In this document: piece after piece, positions 36,455 to 46,331 of the stretch
Layout of the letters: every line of letters starts with the position of its first letter
Numbering within the stretch: the first letter of the stretch is position 1
NCBI GenBank assembly: GCA_009777935.1
Contig: WRKU01000005.1
Span: 4,102-68,101 of the forward strand
DNA: 64,000 bases
Reading direction: 5' to 3'
DNA from: Coriobacteriia bacterium
Lineage (GTDB): Bacteria; Actinomycetota; Coriobacteriia; WRKU01
Notes under the pieces: model-generated
What the model was told of the DNA's origin: nothing
Seen by the model: only the letters and a program-made list of their open reading frames with translations
Database searches by the model: none
Made by a program: the position numbers and the translations under genes

Positions 36455-36763
36455 TTATCCGAGGAGCGCGAGAAGCTCTTCGCGTTGGCGCTTGCCGAGA
36501 CCTTGGATACGGCGCGTCGGAGAGATACCGACCTCGACCATAATCTTCTTTGCCTTGGCCGGCCCAATCTTCGGCAGCGACTCGAGCAGCAGGCGCACCT
36601 GCAAGCGTCCGACTATTGGGTCATCGGCGCGATTAAGCGCCTCCTTCAGCGTGACCTTGCCATTCTTGACCTCTTCACGAAATGCTGCACGCTTGACGCG
36701 CTGTTCAGCGGCCTTGCGCAGATTCGCTTGACGTTGCTCAGGCGTTAGTTCTGGAATTGCCAC
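36455..36763 (-). CDS. mihF: Actinobacterial integration host factor mIHF
   Basis: P.LT.EQR..NL.KAA..R..RA and LP.IG..KA..IM....I...RR..GLG.RQR..LL motifs. GTG 36763 follows GAAGGGG. Confidence 0.88.
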   Translation of the reverse strand: MAIPELTPEQRQANLRKAAEQRVKRAAFREEVKNGKVTLKEALNRADDPIVGRLQVRLLLESLPKIGPAKAKKIMVEVGISPTRRIQGLGKRQREELLALLG

Positions 36764-36811
36764 GTAAATCACCCCTTCTTACGCCGTACTCATCCCTCTA
36801 CACACAGGTTG

Positions 36812-36840
36812 ATTTTAGACATGTTATGTGTTTTTTGCAA
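36812..36840 (-). promoter_or_regulatory. Putative promoter for mihF
   Basis: On the minus strand: TTGCAA (36840-36835), exactly 17 nt, TAAAAT (36817-36812). It overlaps the last codons of the upstream truB-ribF ORF. Confidence 0.5.
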
Positions 36841-38521
36841 TCAACGTGCAACAATCAGTACACAAAGCAGTTTTGCGTGTGCTCGCTACGATGTCGGCAG
36901 CAATGACAGTGGTGAGCATATCCTCATCTGATTCCGCAATATTATCGCGTAGGCGACGCTCAAAAATAACGGTTACTATGGTGCCCTGCAGATCACCGGT
37001 GAAGTCGAGAAGATGTGCCTCAAGGGTGCGTACCGCGGTCGTTGCATTCGTCGGGATGCCAACAAAGATAGCGGCATCATAATGACGAGTGCCCACGATG
37101 ACCTGCCCGGCATAGACGCCATCGTCGAGCACCGACAGCGTAGGGGTGTCGGTAACGTTAATGGTAGGACGCCCATGTGCGGCGCCGATGCCACGGCTCT
37201 TCGTCACGACACCAGAGAGTGCGAAGGGTCTGCCAAGTAACGTGGCCGCCCCCTCAACATCGCCGTCACCGAGAAGGCGACGTATACGAGTCGAGGCAAT
37301 TGGTTCGGCGTCTCCGTCCGTCATCGCTTCGACAATCTGCACGCGTGTTCCACCCGCGTCATCTGCTTCATCGAGAATCTCAGCGAGTTTTGTTGGGGTT
37401 CCCTGTGCGCCGATACCAAATCGAAAGTTCTCACCGACAAAGACTCGCAGAGGGTTAACGCGTGTCAGGAGTTCTTTGCGCACAAACTCCTCGGGTTCCA
37501 TCTGTGCAAGTTCTGAGGTAAACGGCACGACGAGCACCTCATCGATACCGTATTCCTTTGCGGTGGCGATGCGATCTTCGCGTGTCATAAGTGGCTGAGG
37601 CGCGCGCGTCGGGCTCATCACTACCTCAGGAAACGGGTCAAACGTCATCATAACCGCCGCACGATCGTTTGCGCGCGCGTCCTCAACACACCGTCGTAGG
37701 ACTTCCTGATGTCCCCTATGACAGCCATCGAAGACGCCGATTGCAACGCTTGCCGGCATACGTCGTCTCAACGGCCCGTATGATATAAAGTAGTCGGCAA
37801 GCTCCCAGGGGCGACGTACTGTTTCCTCCAGCGCCTCAAGCGTGACAGCGTCTTCAACCGCAAACTCCCCACAGCGCATCCTCCGTAACGCACTCAGATG
37901 TGCGCCACATCCCAGCCGTGTACCGAGATCACGCGCGATGGCCCGGATATACGTTCCCTTTGAAACGGTCAGCTCGATATCCCAGCTTTGGGTAGCGGTA
38001 TCGATAGCGAGAAGCGTTGCGTCTTCGATAACGATACGGCGCGGCTCGAGCTTAAGTGGGTGCCCTTTACGCGCCTCACGGTACGCCTTTTTTCCACCTT
38101 GTTTGATGGCGCTGTACGCCGGCGGCACCTGCTCGTGAGCGCCCACCAGCCCTGCGATAATTGTCCGCGCATACGCCTCATCGGAAACCTGCGCGACCCA
38201 CGCATCTTCGACGGCCGGTGCCGTCTCGATGACTGCACCTTCGGCATCGTCGGTATCGGTCGTTACGCCAAACGTAATAGTTGCTCGATAGGTCTTTTGT
38301 GTCGCCGTCAACTCATCGCTGTATCCGGCAGCCTTACCGACCATCATAACGAGGAGGCCGGTCGCCATCGGGTCGAGGGTACCGGCATGTCCGATACGTT
38401 TCTCACCGGTCAGCCAGCGAAGCCGATTGACGACATCATGGCTCGTTATCCCCGCCGGCTTATCGACGAGCACGATTCCCGTAAGCCCACTCGCGCCCCG
38501 GGCATACCGCGGTGGCGACAC
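36824..38521 (-). CDS. Fusion protein: tRNA pseudouridine(55) synthase TruB (N-terminal) + riboflavin kinase/FAD synthetase RibF (C-terminal)
   Basis: Single uninterrupted 565-aa ORF. TruB motifs: G...VDKP.G.TSHD, GHAGTLDP.ATGLL, KGTYIR. RibF motifs: GVFDG.HRGHQ, NFRFG, the S.RIR-type motif, GRP....G.V..G...G. Confidence 0.85.
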   Translation of the reverse strand: MSPPRYARGASGLTGIVLVDKPAGITSHDVVNRLRWLTGEKRIGHAGTLDPMATGLLVMMVGKAAGYSDELTATQKTYRATITFGVTTDTDDAEGAVIETAPAVEDAWVAQVSDEAYARTIIAGLVGAHEQVPPAYSAIKQGGKKAYREARKGHPLKLEPRRIVIEDATLLAIDTATQSWDIELTVSKGTYIRAIARDLGTRLGCGAHLSALRRMRCGEFAVEDAVTLEALEETVRRPWELADYFISYGPLRRRMPASVAIGVFDGCHRGHQEVLRRCVEDARANDRAAVMMTFDPFPEVVMSPTRAPQPLMTREDRIATAKEYGIDEVLVVPFTSELAQMEPEEFVRKELLTRVNPLRVFVGENFRFGIGAQGTPTKLAEILDEADDAGGTRVQIVEAMTDGDAEPIASTRIRRLLGDGDVEGAATLLGRPFALSGVVTKSRGIGAAHGRPTINVTDTPTLSVLDDGVYAGQVIVGTRHYDAAIFVGIPTNATTAVRTLEAHLLDFTGDLQGTIVTVIFERRLRDNIAESDEDMLTTVIAADIVASTRKTALCTDCCTLIAKNT

Positions 38522-38523
38522 CT

Positions 38524-39531
38524 TTACCCCTTAGTTTCGGCCGGTGTTCCGGGCAGTAACGGCAGTACCGCATCGAGTATGTCTGAGAGGCTGGCGTTCT
38601 TGTCAGGCCACGTAACGCCACTTGCACCGCGATGTCCTCCCCCACCGAAGCGCTCCGCTACGGCGGCTACATCAAAATCGGTCTTCGAGCGCAAAGACAC
38701 GCGTGTTCCGGTATCGCCAAACGTGATAAAGACCGCAACTTCACTGCCTTTGAGCGAACGAATGAGATCGGCGATGTTTTCAACTTCATCGCGCTGCGCC
38801 TCACGTGTCGTGAAGTCGGCCTGTGTGAGCCACGAGACCGTTACACGCTCATCGTTAAGTACCATCATACGCTCAAGCACGAGCCCCTCAAGGGCAAGGG
38901 CCGCAGCGCTTTTTTGTGCATAGAGCGCAACGTTTATCGCTGCATTATCGGCGCCTGCCTCGACCATCTCGGCGGCATCGCGCAGCACAGCAGGTGTCGT
39001 ATTGTCGTGCATGAAGCGTCCCGTGTCGCTCGCCAGGCCCACGTAACAGGCCGTCGCAATCTGTGCCGTGCGCTCCCAATTAAGCGTGTCGAGCAGCTGC
39101 CAGATAATCTGGCTGCACGCTGCCGCTGACTCGTCGATGTAGCGCACGTCACCGTATGGCTCAAGCGCACGATGATGATCGATAATGAGGGTGCGTGAGG
39201 CCTCCTCAAGCAGCGGGAGCGCCGCGTTCAGACGCGAAGCGACCGGTGTGTCGACGGCGATAAATGCGTCGGCCGGCCCAAAACGCGCCGCCTCTGTCGG
39301 CATCAGGTACGTATCAACGCCGGCAAGCCACGCATACGTCGACGGCTTCGGTTTATTATCAGCCAGCAGCGGGTATGCTTTGACACCACGCCCGTCCAAT
39401 GCGGCGACAAGCGCAAGAACCGAGCCGATTGCGTCACCATCGGGACGCACATGCCCACACACGAAGACGGTCTGACCCGGCTCAATATTTTCAAGAAAGG
39501 TAGTTGCTTCTCGTCTATCCGCTGCGCACAT
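38524..39531 (-). CDS. nrnA: DHH-family phosphoesterase (NrnA-like oligoribonuclease / pAp phosphatase)
   Basis: DHH motifs H..PDGDAIGS, DHH and GGGH..ASG. The start is uncertain (the ORF is open to 39594 and would overlap rbfA). Confidence 0.8.
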   Translation of the reverse strand: MCAADRREATTFLENIEPGQTVFVCGHVRPDGDAIGSVLALVAALDGRGVKAYPLLADNKPKPSTYAWLAGVDTYLMPTEAARFGPADAFIAVDTPVASRLNAALPLLEEASRTLIIDHHRALEPYGDVRYIDESAAACSQIIWQLLDTLNWERTAQIATACYVGLASDTGRFMHDNTTPAVLRDAAEMVEAGADNAAINVALYAQKSAAALALEGLVLERMMVLNDERVTVSWLTQADFTTREAQRDEVENIADLIRSLKGSEVAVFITFGDTGTRVSLRSKTDFDVAAVAERFGGGGHRGASGVTWPDKNASLSDILDAVLPLLPGTPAETKG

Positions 39532-39550
39532 CTGCGCTACTCGCACATCT

Positions 39551-39913
39551 CTAGCGCGTCTGTTCTTGCTCGATGACAGCATCGATACGCGCACCGGCGT
39601 CGATGGCTGGGTCTATCTTAAAGCGCAACTCGGGCATCTCGCGCCACCCAAGCGCGTGTGCCGCCAACGAGCGAATACGCCCATGTGCACTCTCAAGGCC
39701 GGCAAGTGCCGCATCGTAGCGGTCAGGATCGGTACTCACGAAGACGTCGGCGACGCTGCGGTCACTATTAAGATCGACGCTCGTGATGACGACAAACTCG
39801 ATACGTGGGTCATTAATCTCTTGCATCAAGATGATTGAGAGTACTTCGCGCAACTGCTCGTCGCTCTTGCGAATGCCCTTGCTCACGTGGTTCTCTTGGT
39901 TTCTCCTCGTCAT
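39551..39913 (-). CDS. rbfA: Ribosome-binding factor A
   Basis: About 120 aa. DPR...V.IT.V....D...A.V.V and P.L.F..D motifs, downstream of infB. Confidence 0.9.
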   Translation of the reverse strand: MTRRNQENHVSKGIRKSDEQLREVLSIILMQEINDPRIEFVVITSVDLNSDRSVADVFVSTDPDRYDAALAGLESAHGRIRSLAAHALGWREMPELRFKIDPAIDAGARIDAVIEQEQTR

Positions 39914-39972
39914 GATGTTGCGTCTCCTCTCGTTGTCACAGATGGCCCCGTAATGGCCTTCAGCGACGTGTA

Positions 39973-42609
39973 CTATTCCGTACGAGCAACCTCATTGATA
40001 CGGAATCCTTCGATAACATCGCCTTCTTTGAGGTCTTGGTAGCCCTCAATACCGACACCACATTCGTAACCGGCCTTGACCGACTTAACGTCCTCTTTGA
40101 AGCGACGCAATGAGCCAATCTTGCCTTCGAAGATAACGGTGCCGTCGCGCACAATACGTACCTGATCGTCTCGATTAATCTCCCCTTCGGTCACATACGA
40201 GCCGGCGATAACGCCCATCTTGGGTACCTTGAAGAGCTCGCGTACCTCAATGCGCGCCGTATCCTCCTCGACGAATTCAGGCGCAAGCATGCCAACACGT
40301 GCGGCGTTGATATCCTCAATCGCTTGATAGATGACACGATACATGTGCATGTCAACGCTTTCGGTCTCTGACATTTTCTTGGCACCGGGTGTCGGGCGCA
40401 CATTGAATCCAATGATGACCGCGTTACTTGCAGCAGCCAGCTGTACGTCGTTTTCGGTTATCCCACCGACGGCTGCATGGATGATATTGATGCGCACTTC
40501 ACTCTGATCCATCTTTTCAAGTGCGTCGCGCAGCGCTTCAATCGAGCCGACAACGTCGGCCTTAACGATAAGGTTGAGATCTTTGATTTCGCCGGCCTCT
40601 ATCTGGTGGAAAAGATTGTCAAGTGAAACGTGATTGCGCGTCGCCTCATGAGCCCGTAAGCGTGCCTTCATCGAACGTTCATCGGCCAGCGTACGTGCTG
40701 CACGCTCGTCGGTAAATACCTTGAAGTCATCGCCTGCACTCGGAACGCCATTGAGACCAAGCACTTCGACAGGGTCAGATGGTCCTGCCGTCTCAACGGT
40801 GGTGCCGTGTGGCTCAATCAAAGCGCGTACGCGGCCATACGCAAGACCCGCAACGAGCGTGTCGCCCACCTTGAGAGTACCGCGACGCACCAACACCGTC
40901 GCAACAGGGCCACGACCTTTATCGAGGTGCGCTTCAACGACGGTACCGTACGCCTCAGCATGTGGGTTGCCTTTGAGTTCAAGTACATCGGCCTGTAGTA
41001 GTAGCATCTCGAGCAAATCATCGATACCGGTACGTTTCTTGGCACTTACGTTAACGAATATGTCGGTGCCGCCCCACTCCTCGGGAACGAGGCCGTGTTC
41101 GGTCAACATTTGGCGCACCGTATCGGCGTTCGCTGTGTCCTTATCGACCTTGTTGACGGCGACAACTATCGGTACGCCAGCCGCTTTTGCATGATTGATC
41201 GCTTCAATCGTCTGGGGCATAACACCATCGTCCGCTGCCACCACGAGAATAACGACATCGGTAATATTGGCGCCACGCGCACGCATTGCCGTAAAGGCTT
41301 CATGGCCAGGCGTATCGATAAACGTAATCTTACGTCCATTCTTCTCGACAACGCTCGCACCAATATGTTGTGTGATACCACCGGCTTCACTATCGGCCAC
41401 GCCTGTCTCACGAATCGCATCGAGCAACGATGTCTTACCATGGTCAACGTGGCCCATTACCGTCACAACCGGCGAGCGCTCAACGAGGTCTTTCTCATCG
41501 TCTTCGTAGGTAAACGCCATCTCATCTTCGAGGCGCGCAATAACAATCTCGCGTTCAAGATCGACTGCGATAAGCTCAATCGTTTCGTTATCCATCGGTT
41601 GGTTGACGGTCAACATACTCCCCAGCATGAAGAGTCGCTTGATGATATCGTTCGTCGATACGCCAAGTAACTCGGCAAACTGGCCGACCGTGCATGCCTC
41701 AGGAATCTCAAGAACCTCACCGCCGTGTGGCAGTTCCACTTCAGCAATCGTGCGCTCGGCCTCAACCTCTTCGATACGAGCAGCCTTCCCGCCCCGTCCC
41801 TTGCGCGCCTTTTTAGTGGGCTGCGCGGTAGCGCCCCCGCGATCTTTGCGTTGTTCCTTAGCGCGCTCGATATCGGCAAGCGCCTTGCCCTTATCAAGCT
41901 TGGCGGCTTCCTGCGCCATCTGGCGATAACGCTCTTCTTCGGCACGCTTGGCCTTTTCAGCACGCGCTGCTTCACGCTGAGCCTGACGCGCCGCCTTCTT
42001 CTCAGCCGCTTCGGTCTCAAGACGTTTTGCGGCGGCTTCGATGTTGTCGGCAAGCGACGGGCGCTTAGAAGGAGTTTTCTTGGGCGTGTCCTCGTCGGTT
42101 GGTGCAGACGCCACATCTGTGTCCGTGGCTGGAGTATCGACATCGGCAGACGAGGTCACCTCACCGTCGGCAGCAGTGGCTTCAACGAGCGCCTCCTCGA
42201 CAGGAGCGGCCGGCATCTCGGTGCCGACAGCGTCCTCGGCAACACGCTCTTGAGCTTCGGCTTCGAGGCGCTGGCGCTCGGCATCGCGCTCGGCACGCTC
42301 TTGTTCGCGTTTTCTGCGCTCGGCCTCTTCGGCCGCCTTACGCGCCTCGGCCTCGGCCTTGCGCCGATCAGCTTCCTCAGCCGCTACTTTTTCTTCTTCG
42401 GCGCGCTTAGCCTCTTCCTCGGCAGCAAGCACTGCCTGTCGCTCAGCAATCTCGTCACTGAGCTGCGCCTTTATAAGATCAACGTACGCCTCAACGAGCG
42501 ACGTTGAATGTGATTTCGCCGGTATTCCCAGCGCAGCAAGGTGTTCCATGAGCTCCTTGCTGGACATGCCAAACTCTTTGGCAAGTTCGTGTACCTTGAT
42601 TCCAGCCAT
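39973..42609 (-). CDS. infB: Translation initiation factor IF-2
   Basis: G-domain [26 protein letters not shown]. Long Ala/Glu/Lys-rich N-terminal region. Confidence 0.98.
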   Translation of the reverse strand: MAGIKVHELAKEFGMSSKELMEHLAALGIPAKSHSTSLVEAYVDLIKAQLSDEIAERQAVLAAEEEAKRAEEEKVAAEEADRRKAEAEARKAAEEAERRKREQERAERDAERQRLEAEAQERVAEDAVGTEMPAAPVEEALVEATAADGEVTSSADVDTPATDTDVASAPTDEDTPKKTPSKRPSLADNIEAAAKRLETEAAEKKAARQAQREAARAEKAKRAEEERYRQMAQEAAKLDKGKALADIERAKEQRKDRGGATAQPTKKARKGRGGKAARIEEVEAERTIAEVELPHGGEVLEIPEACTVGQFAELLGVSTNDIIKRLFMLGSMLTVNQPMDNETIELIAVDLEREIVIARLEDEMAFTYEDDEKDLVERSPVVTVMGHVDHGKTSLLDAIRETGVADSEAGGITQHIGASVVEKNGRKITFIDTPGHEAFTAMRARGANITDVVILVVAADDGVMPQTIEAINHAKAAGVPIVVAVNKVDKDTANADTVRQMLTEHGLVPEEWGGTDIFVNVSAKKRTGIDDLLEMLLLQADVLELKGNPHAEAYGTVVEAHLDKGRGPVATVLVRRGTLKVGDTLVAGLAYGRVRALIEPHGTTVETAGPSDPVEVLGLNGVPSAGDDFKVFTDERAARTLADERSMKARLRAHEATRNHVSLDNLFHQIEAGEIKDLNLIVKADVVGSIEALRDALEKMDQSEVRINIIHAAVGGITENDVQLAAASNAVIIGFNVRPTPGAKKMSETESVDMHMYRVIYQAIEDINAARVGMLAPEFVEEDTARIEVRELFKVPKMGVIAGSYVTEGEINRDDQVRIVRDGTVIFEGKIGSLRRFKEDVKSVKAGYECGVGIEGYQDLKEGDVIEGFRINEVARTE

Positions 42610-42627
42610 CGTTTGCGCTCACCTCAC

Positions 42628-43860
42628 TTACGCTTTCTCGTTTGTCTTGGCCTTAGCGGCCTTGTTTTTATCGTCTTTCCCTGTGGACTTTTTTGCCGCT
42701 TTCTTGGCGGATTTTTCATGGACGCCACAGTACTGCGAGCCGGGGCGTGCGTGGTTACGGCACCGGTGTCCGTCGGCGTTCTCGGCAATACACTGTGTAT
42801 CAATCTCACCGAGGTCTTCCATCGCAGTCACATCGGGTGTAAGCCCTGCGGCCGAAGCCATCTCGAGCGACTTGATATCGATACGCCAACCCGTCAGTTG
42901 AGCGGCGAGTCGTGCGTTCTGCCCTTCCTTGCCGATGGCAAGCGAAAGCTGGTCAGGTGCCACGATAACGTTTGCCGTGCGCGTGTCCTCGTCGATAATA
43001 ACGCGCTGCACCTTTGCCGGCGAGAGCGCCGATGCGACAAACTCGGTCGGGCTCTCCGAAAACGGGATAATATCGATTCGCTCACCGCGCAACTCATGCA
43101 CGACGTTGCGCACGCGTGATCCTGCCGGACCGACACATGCCCCAACCGGATCGAGATTGTCTTGACGGCTTGAGACGGCGACCTTCGAGCGTACACCGGC
43201 CTCACGAGCGATTGAGCGAATCTCAACAATGCCGTCGGCGATCTCGGGTACTTCGATTTCGAAGAGACGCTTAACGAGTCCCGGATGTTTGCGTGAGACG
43301 ATGATTGAGGCTTCGTTGGCCTTACGTGTTTGGCGTACTTCGGTGATGTAGACCTTGATACGATCATTGTGATGATAGCGTTCGTTGTTGGGGCGCTCGC
43401 GTTCAGGCAACTCAGCCTCGACGTCATCGGATAGTTTGATGATACTGAAGTTGCTGCGTGAATGCTGAACGGGGCCGGAGACCATGTCGCCCACACGATC
43501 GATATACTCGTCGAAGATTCTTTCGCGCTTAGCTTCGCGCACCATCGAATTGATGACCGACTTAGCCTGATGTGCTGCCAGACGGCTGATGCCGTCGGGC
43601 GTTACATCGCGCTCCTCGTACGTTGGTTCCTCGTCTTCGGCAGCATTAACCCAATCAAAGTCGGGATCAGGTATCAGCTCATAGACGTAGATTGCGCCGG
43701 TATCACGATCAATCGTGACGCGACAGTCATTTTCGAGACGTAATGTGCGCTCATATGCGCCGGCGAGCGACTGCTCAAGCCGATCAAGAAGCTCGTATTC
43801 GTCGATGCCGCGCTCATCTGCAATTTCTTTGAGCGCCATCATCAAGTTCATCTCAGCCAC
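42628..43860 (-). CDS. nusA: Transcription termination/antitermination factor NusA with Cys/His + Lys-rich C-terminal tail
   Basis: NusA N-domain, S1 and two KH domains (GACVG..G.RV, AIGK.GQNARLA..LTGW.IDI). There is an extra about 59-aa tail. Confidence 0.95.
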   Translation of the reverse strand: MAEMNLMMALKEIADERGIDEYELLDRLEQSLAGAYERTLRLENDCRVTIDRDTGAIYVYELIPDPDFDWVNAAEDEEPTYEERDVTPDGISRLAAHQAKSVINSMVREAKRERIFDEYIDRVGDMVSGPVQHSRSNFSIIKLSDDVEAELPERERPNNERYHHNDRIKVYITEVRQTRKANEASIIVSRKHPGLVKRLFEIEVPEIADGIVEIRSIAREAGVRSKVAVSSRQDNLDPVGACVGPAGSRVRNVVHELRGERIDIIPFSESPTEFVASALSPAKVQRVIIDEDTRTANVIVAPDQLSLAIGKEGQNARLAAQLTGWRIDIKSLEMASAAGLTPDVTAMEDLGEIDTQCIAENADGHRCRNHARPGSQYCGVHEKSAKKAAKKSTGKDDKNKAAKAKTNEKA

Positions 43861-43876
43861 TGCCGTGCCTTCCTCG

Positions 43877-43903
43877 AAAAAAAGAAGCGGGAAATCCCAC
43901 TTC
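43877..43903 (-). terminator. Rho-independent terminator after proS (immediately upstream of the nusA RBS)
   Basis: The minus strand reads GAAGTGGG-ATTT-CCCGCTTC followed by T7. Confidence 0.65.
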
Positions 43904-43953
43904 TCAAACCTACCCTTCAGTTAACGTACGAGGCCAGTATAGCGCAACGAAAG

Positions 43954-45258
43954 CTATGTGTCGAGGGTGCGTTTGACGGTGGTAGCGGCCTCGGCAAGTG
44001 TTGCCGTGCTACGCTCCCCTGTTTTGCGCAGCTTGAGCTCGACCTCGCCGGCCTCAAAACCGCGTTTACCGACGATGACCTGCAGGGGTGTGCCGATAAG
44101 ATCGGCGTCGGCAAACTTGACGCCGGCACGCTCGTCACGATCATCAATCAGTACTTCGATACCGCACGCAGCGAGCTCTGTGGCAAGTGTTTCGGCAAAG
44201 GCTGCGGCTTCGTCACCTTCACTCAGCATGAGAATCGCTACCTGATACGGCGCGATACTGCGCGGCCACATGATGCCATCGTCATCATGATGTTGTTCAA
44301 TAACGGCCGCGAGCGAACGCGAGATACCTACGCCATAGCAGCCCATCAAGGGGTAGCAGTCGGCGCCGGATTCATCCTGATAGACAAGTCCCATCGTGCG
44401 TGAATATTTATCGCCGAGCTGGAAGACCTGCGAAACTTCGATGCCGCGTGCAATCTGCATCGGAGCGCCGCAACGCGGGCATGCCGGCAGATTATCGCGG
44501 TCGAAGTCATCGCCGTACGTCTCGGTGTTTGCCGCATAACCACACCGGCAGTAGATGAGTTCGGCCTCACCGTCGTCGGCAAGCGCCAGGAACTCGGTCG
44601 AGACGCTACCGCCAATCTGACCATTATCGGCGTCAACGGCACGATACGCCAAGCTTAGGCGATCGCAGATGCGCGCATATGCTTCGCTCTGGGCGCGATA
44701 ATGTTCGTCGAGCGACTCCTGCGAAGCATGAAACGAGTACGCATCTTTCATGATGAATTCGCGCCCCCGCAGCAATCCAAAGCGTGGGCGAATTTCGTCA
44801 CGAAACTTTATCTGGAGCTGATAGAGCGTAAACGGCAGATCTCGATAGCTGCGAATCTCGCCGCGTACGAGGTCGGTGATGATCTCTTCGTGGGTCGGTC
44901 CGAGGCAGAACATGCGCTCGTGTCGGTCCGCAAGACGCGCAAGTTCGGGGCCGTAATCGTCCCAGCGTCCCGACTGCTGCCATAACTCAGCTGGCTGCAC
45001 GACCGGAAGAAGAACCTCCTGGCAGCCAATCGCATCCATCTCCTCGCGGACGATTCGCTCGATATTTTTGATGACGCGATATCCCAACGGGAGAAACGAG
45101 TAGATACCGCTCGCAGACCGGCGAATAAGACCGGCGCGCAAGGCAAGTTTGTGGCTGGCAAGTTCGGCATCGGCCGGAAGTTCCTTGAGTGTTGGTGCAT
45201 AGAGCCTGCTCATACGCATGATAGCAGCAGGGGTATTCTGGCGAGCATTATCGGCCAT
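43954..45258 (-). CDS. proS: Proline--tRNA ligase, bacterial-type lacking the INS editing domain
   Basis: Class II motifs (FRDE.RPR.GL.R.REF.MKDAYSF; GCYG.GISR) and an anticodon-binding C-domain. Only about 100 aa separate motifs 2 and 3. ATG 45258 follows GAAAGG (alternative starts at 45219 and 45213). Confidence 0.9.
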   Translation of the reverse strand: MADNARQNTPAAIMRMSRLYAPTLKELPADAELASHKLALRAGLIRRSASGIYSFLPLGYRVIKNIERIVREEMDAIGCQEVLLPVVQPAELWQQSGRWDDYGPELARLADRHERMFCLGPTHEEIITDLVRGEIRSYRDLPFTLYQLQIKFRDEIRPRFGLLRGREFIMKDAYSFHASQESLDEHYRAQSEAYARICDRLSLAYRAVDADNGQIGGSVSTEFLALADDGEAELIYCRCGYAANTETYGDDFDRDNLPACPRCGAPMQIARGIEVSQVFQLGDKYSRTMGLVYQDESGADCYPLMGCYGVGISRSLAAVIEQHHDDDGIMWPRSIAPYQVAILMLSEGDEAAAFAETLATELAACGIEVLIDDRDERAGVKFADADLIGTPLQVIVGKRGFEAGEVELKLRKTGERSTATLAEAATTVKRTLDT

Positions 45259-46321
45259 GATGACCTTTCTGTGTTCCGACGGCAATTTCGGCGAATAGCT
45301 CCTTGACCATATCAGGTTCGGCCACTTTGCGCAATGGCTCTCCCTGTGCAAAGAGCATGCCGGTACCCTTGCCGCACGCGATACCGTAGTCGGCTTCGCG
45401 CGCCTCACCCGGTCCGTTAACCACACAGCCCATTACCGCGATAGTCAGATGTGCCGGTACAGCAGATGCGGGATCATTAATGCGTGCGGTAACTTCATTG
45501 GCGATTGCGATAAGATCAACCTGACAGCGCCCACACGTCGGACAGCTGACAACTGCGGCGTTTCGACGACGAATATCGAGTGCGGCAAGTATCTCGTAAG
45601 CGACCGCAACCTCTTCGACGGGGTCGGCCGTCAACGAGACGCGTAGGGTGTCACCGATGCCTTCCGCCAGCAAAATGCCGAGGCCAACCGCACTTTTTAC
45701 GGTACCACCCTGTAGCGTACCGGCCTCAGTTATGCCGATATGCAAGGGGTAATCGGTCTTTGCCGCAATGAGGCGATATGCTTCGATGGTAGCCGGTACG
45801 TTCGAGGCTTTGACCGAAAGTGCAAGATCGTAAAAGTCACGATTCTCAAAGTGCTCGACGAAAGCGAGAGCGCTCCGGGCAAGCTTCACGGGAAGTGCGT
45901 CATTACCAGCGGCTATCTCGCGCTCAAGCGAACCGGCGTTAACGCCGATACGAAGGGGAATGTTGGCGGTGCGTGCCGCATCGATAATGGCGTCGAGATG
46001 CGCGGCACCGATGTTGCCCGGATTGATACGCAACTTCGCTGCTCCGCGCTTTGCCGCCTCAACGGCAAGACGATAATCGAAGTGGATATCGGCGACGACC
46101 GGCAACGGACTCCGCGCGGCCACCTGCTCAAAGCCGTCGAGCGTTTCCGTGCTCGGAATGGCACAGCGCACGATTTCGCAGCCGGCTTCGGCAAGCCGCT
46201 CGATCTGTGCGAGCGTTGCATCTGTATCGGCCGTATCGGTGTTTGTCATCGACTGCACAACCGGTAACGCGCCGCCCCCAACGACCACGTTGCCTACGAG
46301 GATATGTCGTGCTGAAGCCAT
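45248..46321 (-). CDS. ispG: 4-hydroxy-3-methylbut-2-en-1-yl diphosphate synthase (flavodoxin)
   Basis: [15 protein letters not shown] and CPTCGR ... GCVVNGPGE motifs. Confidence 0.95.
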   Translation of the reverse strand: MASARHILVGNVVVGGGALPVVQSMTNTDTADTDATLAQIERLAEAGCEIVRCAIPSTETLDGFEQVAARSPLPVVADIHFDYRLAVEAAKRGAAKLRINPGNIGAAHLDAIIDAARTANIPLRIGVNAGSLEREIAAGNDALPVKLARSALAFVEHFENRDFYDLALSVKASNVPATIEAYRLIAAKTDYPLHIGITEAGTLQGGTVKSAVGLGILLAEGIGDTLRVSLTADPVEEVAVAYEILAALDIRRRNAAVVSCPTCGRCQVDLIAIANEVTARINDPASAVPAHLTIAVMGCVVNGPGEAREADYGIACGKGTGMLFAQGEPLRKVAEPDMVKELFAEIAVGTQKGHHGR

Positions 46322-46331
46322 CTGCTATCCC

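Noticed and set aside
40000-42600. Repetitive GC-rich tracts in infB (Ala/Glu/Lys-rich N-terminus), checked as possible tandem or CRISPR-like repeats
   Set aside because: This is low-complexity coding sequence typical of IF-2 N-terminal regions. There is no regular repeat-spacer periodicity, and no CRISPR array is seen anywhere in the window.
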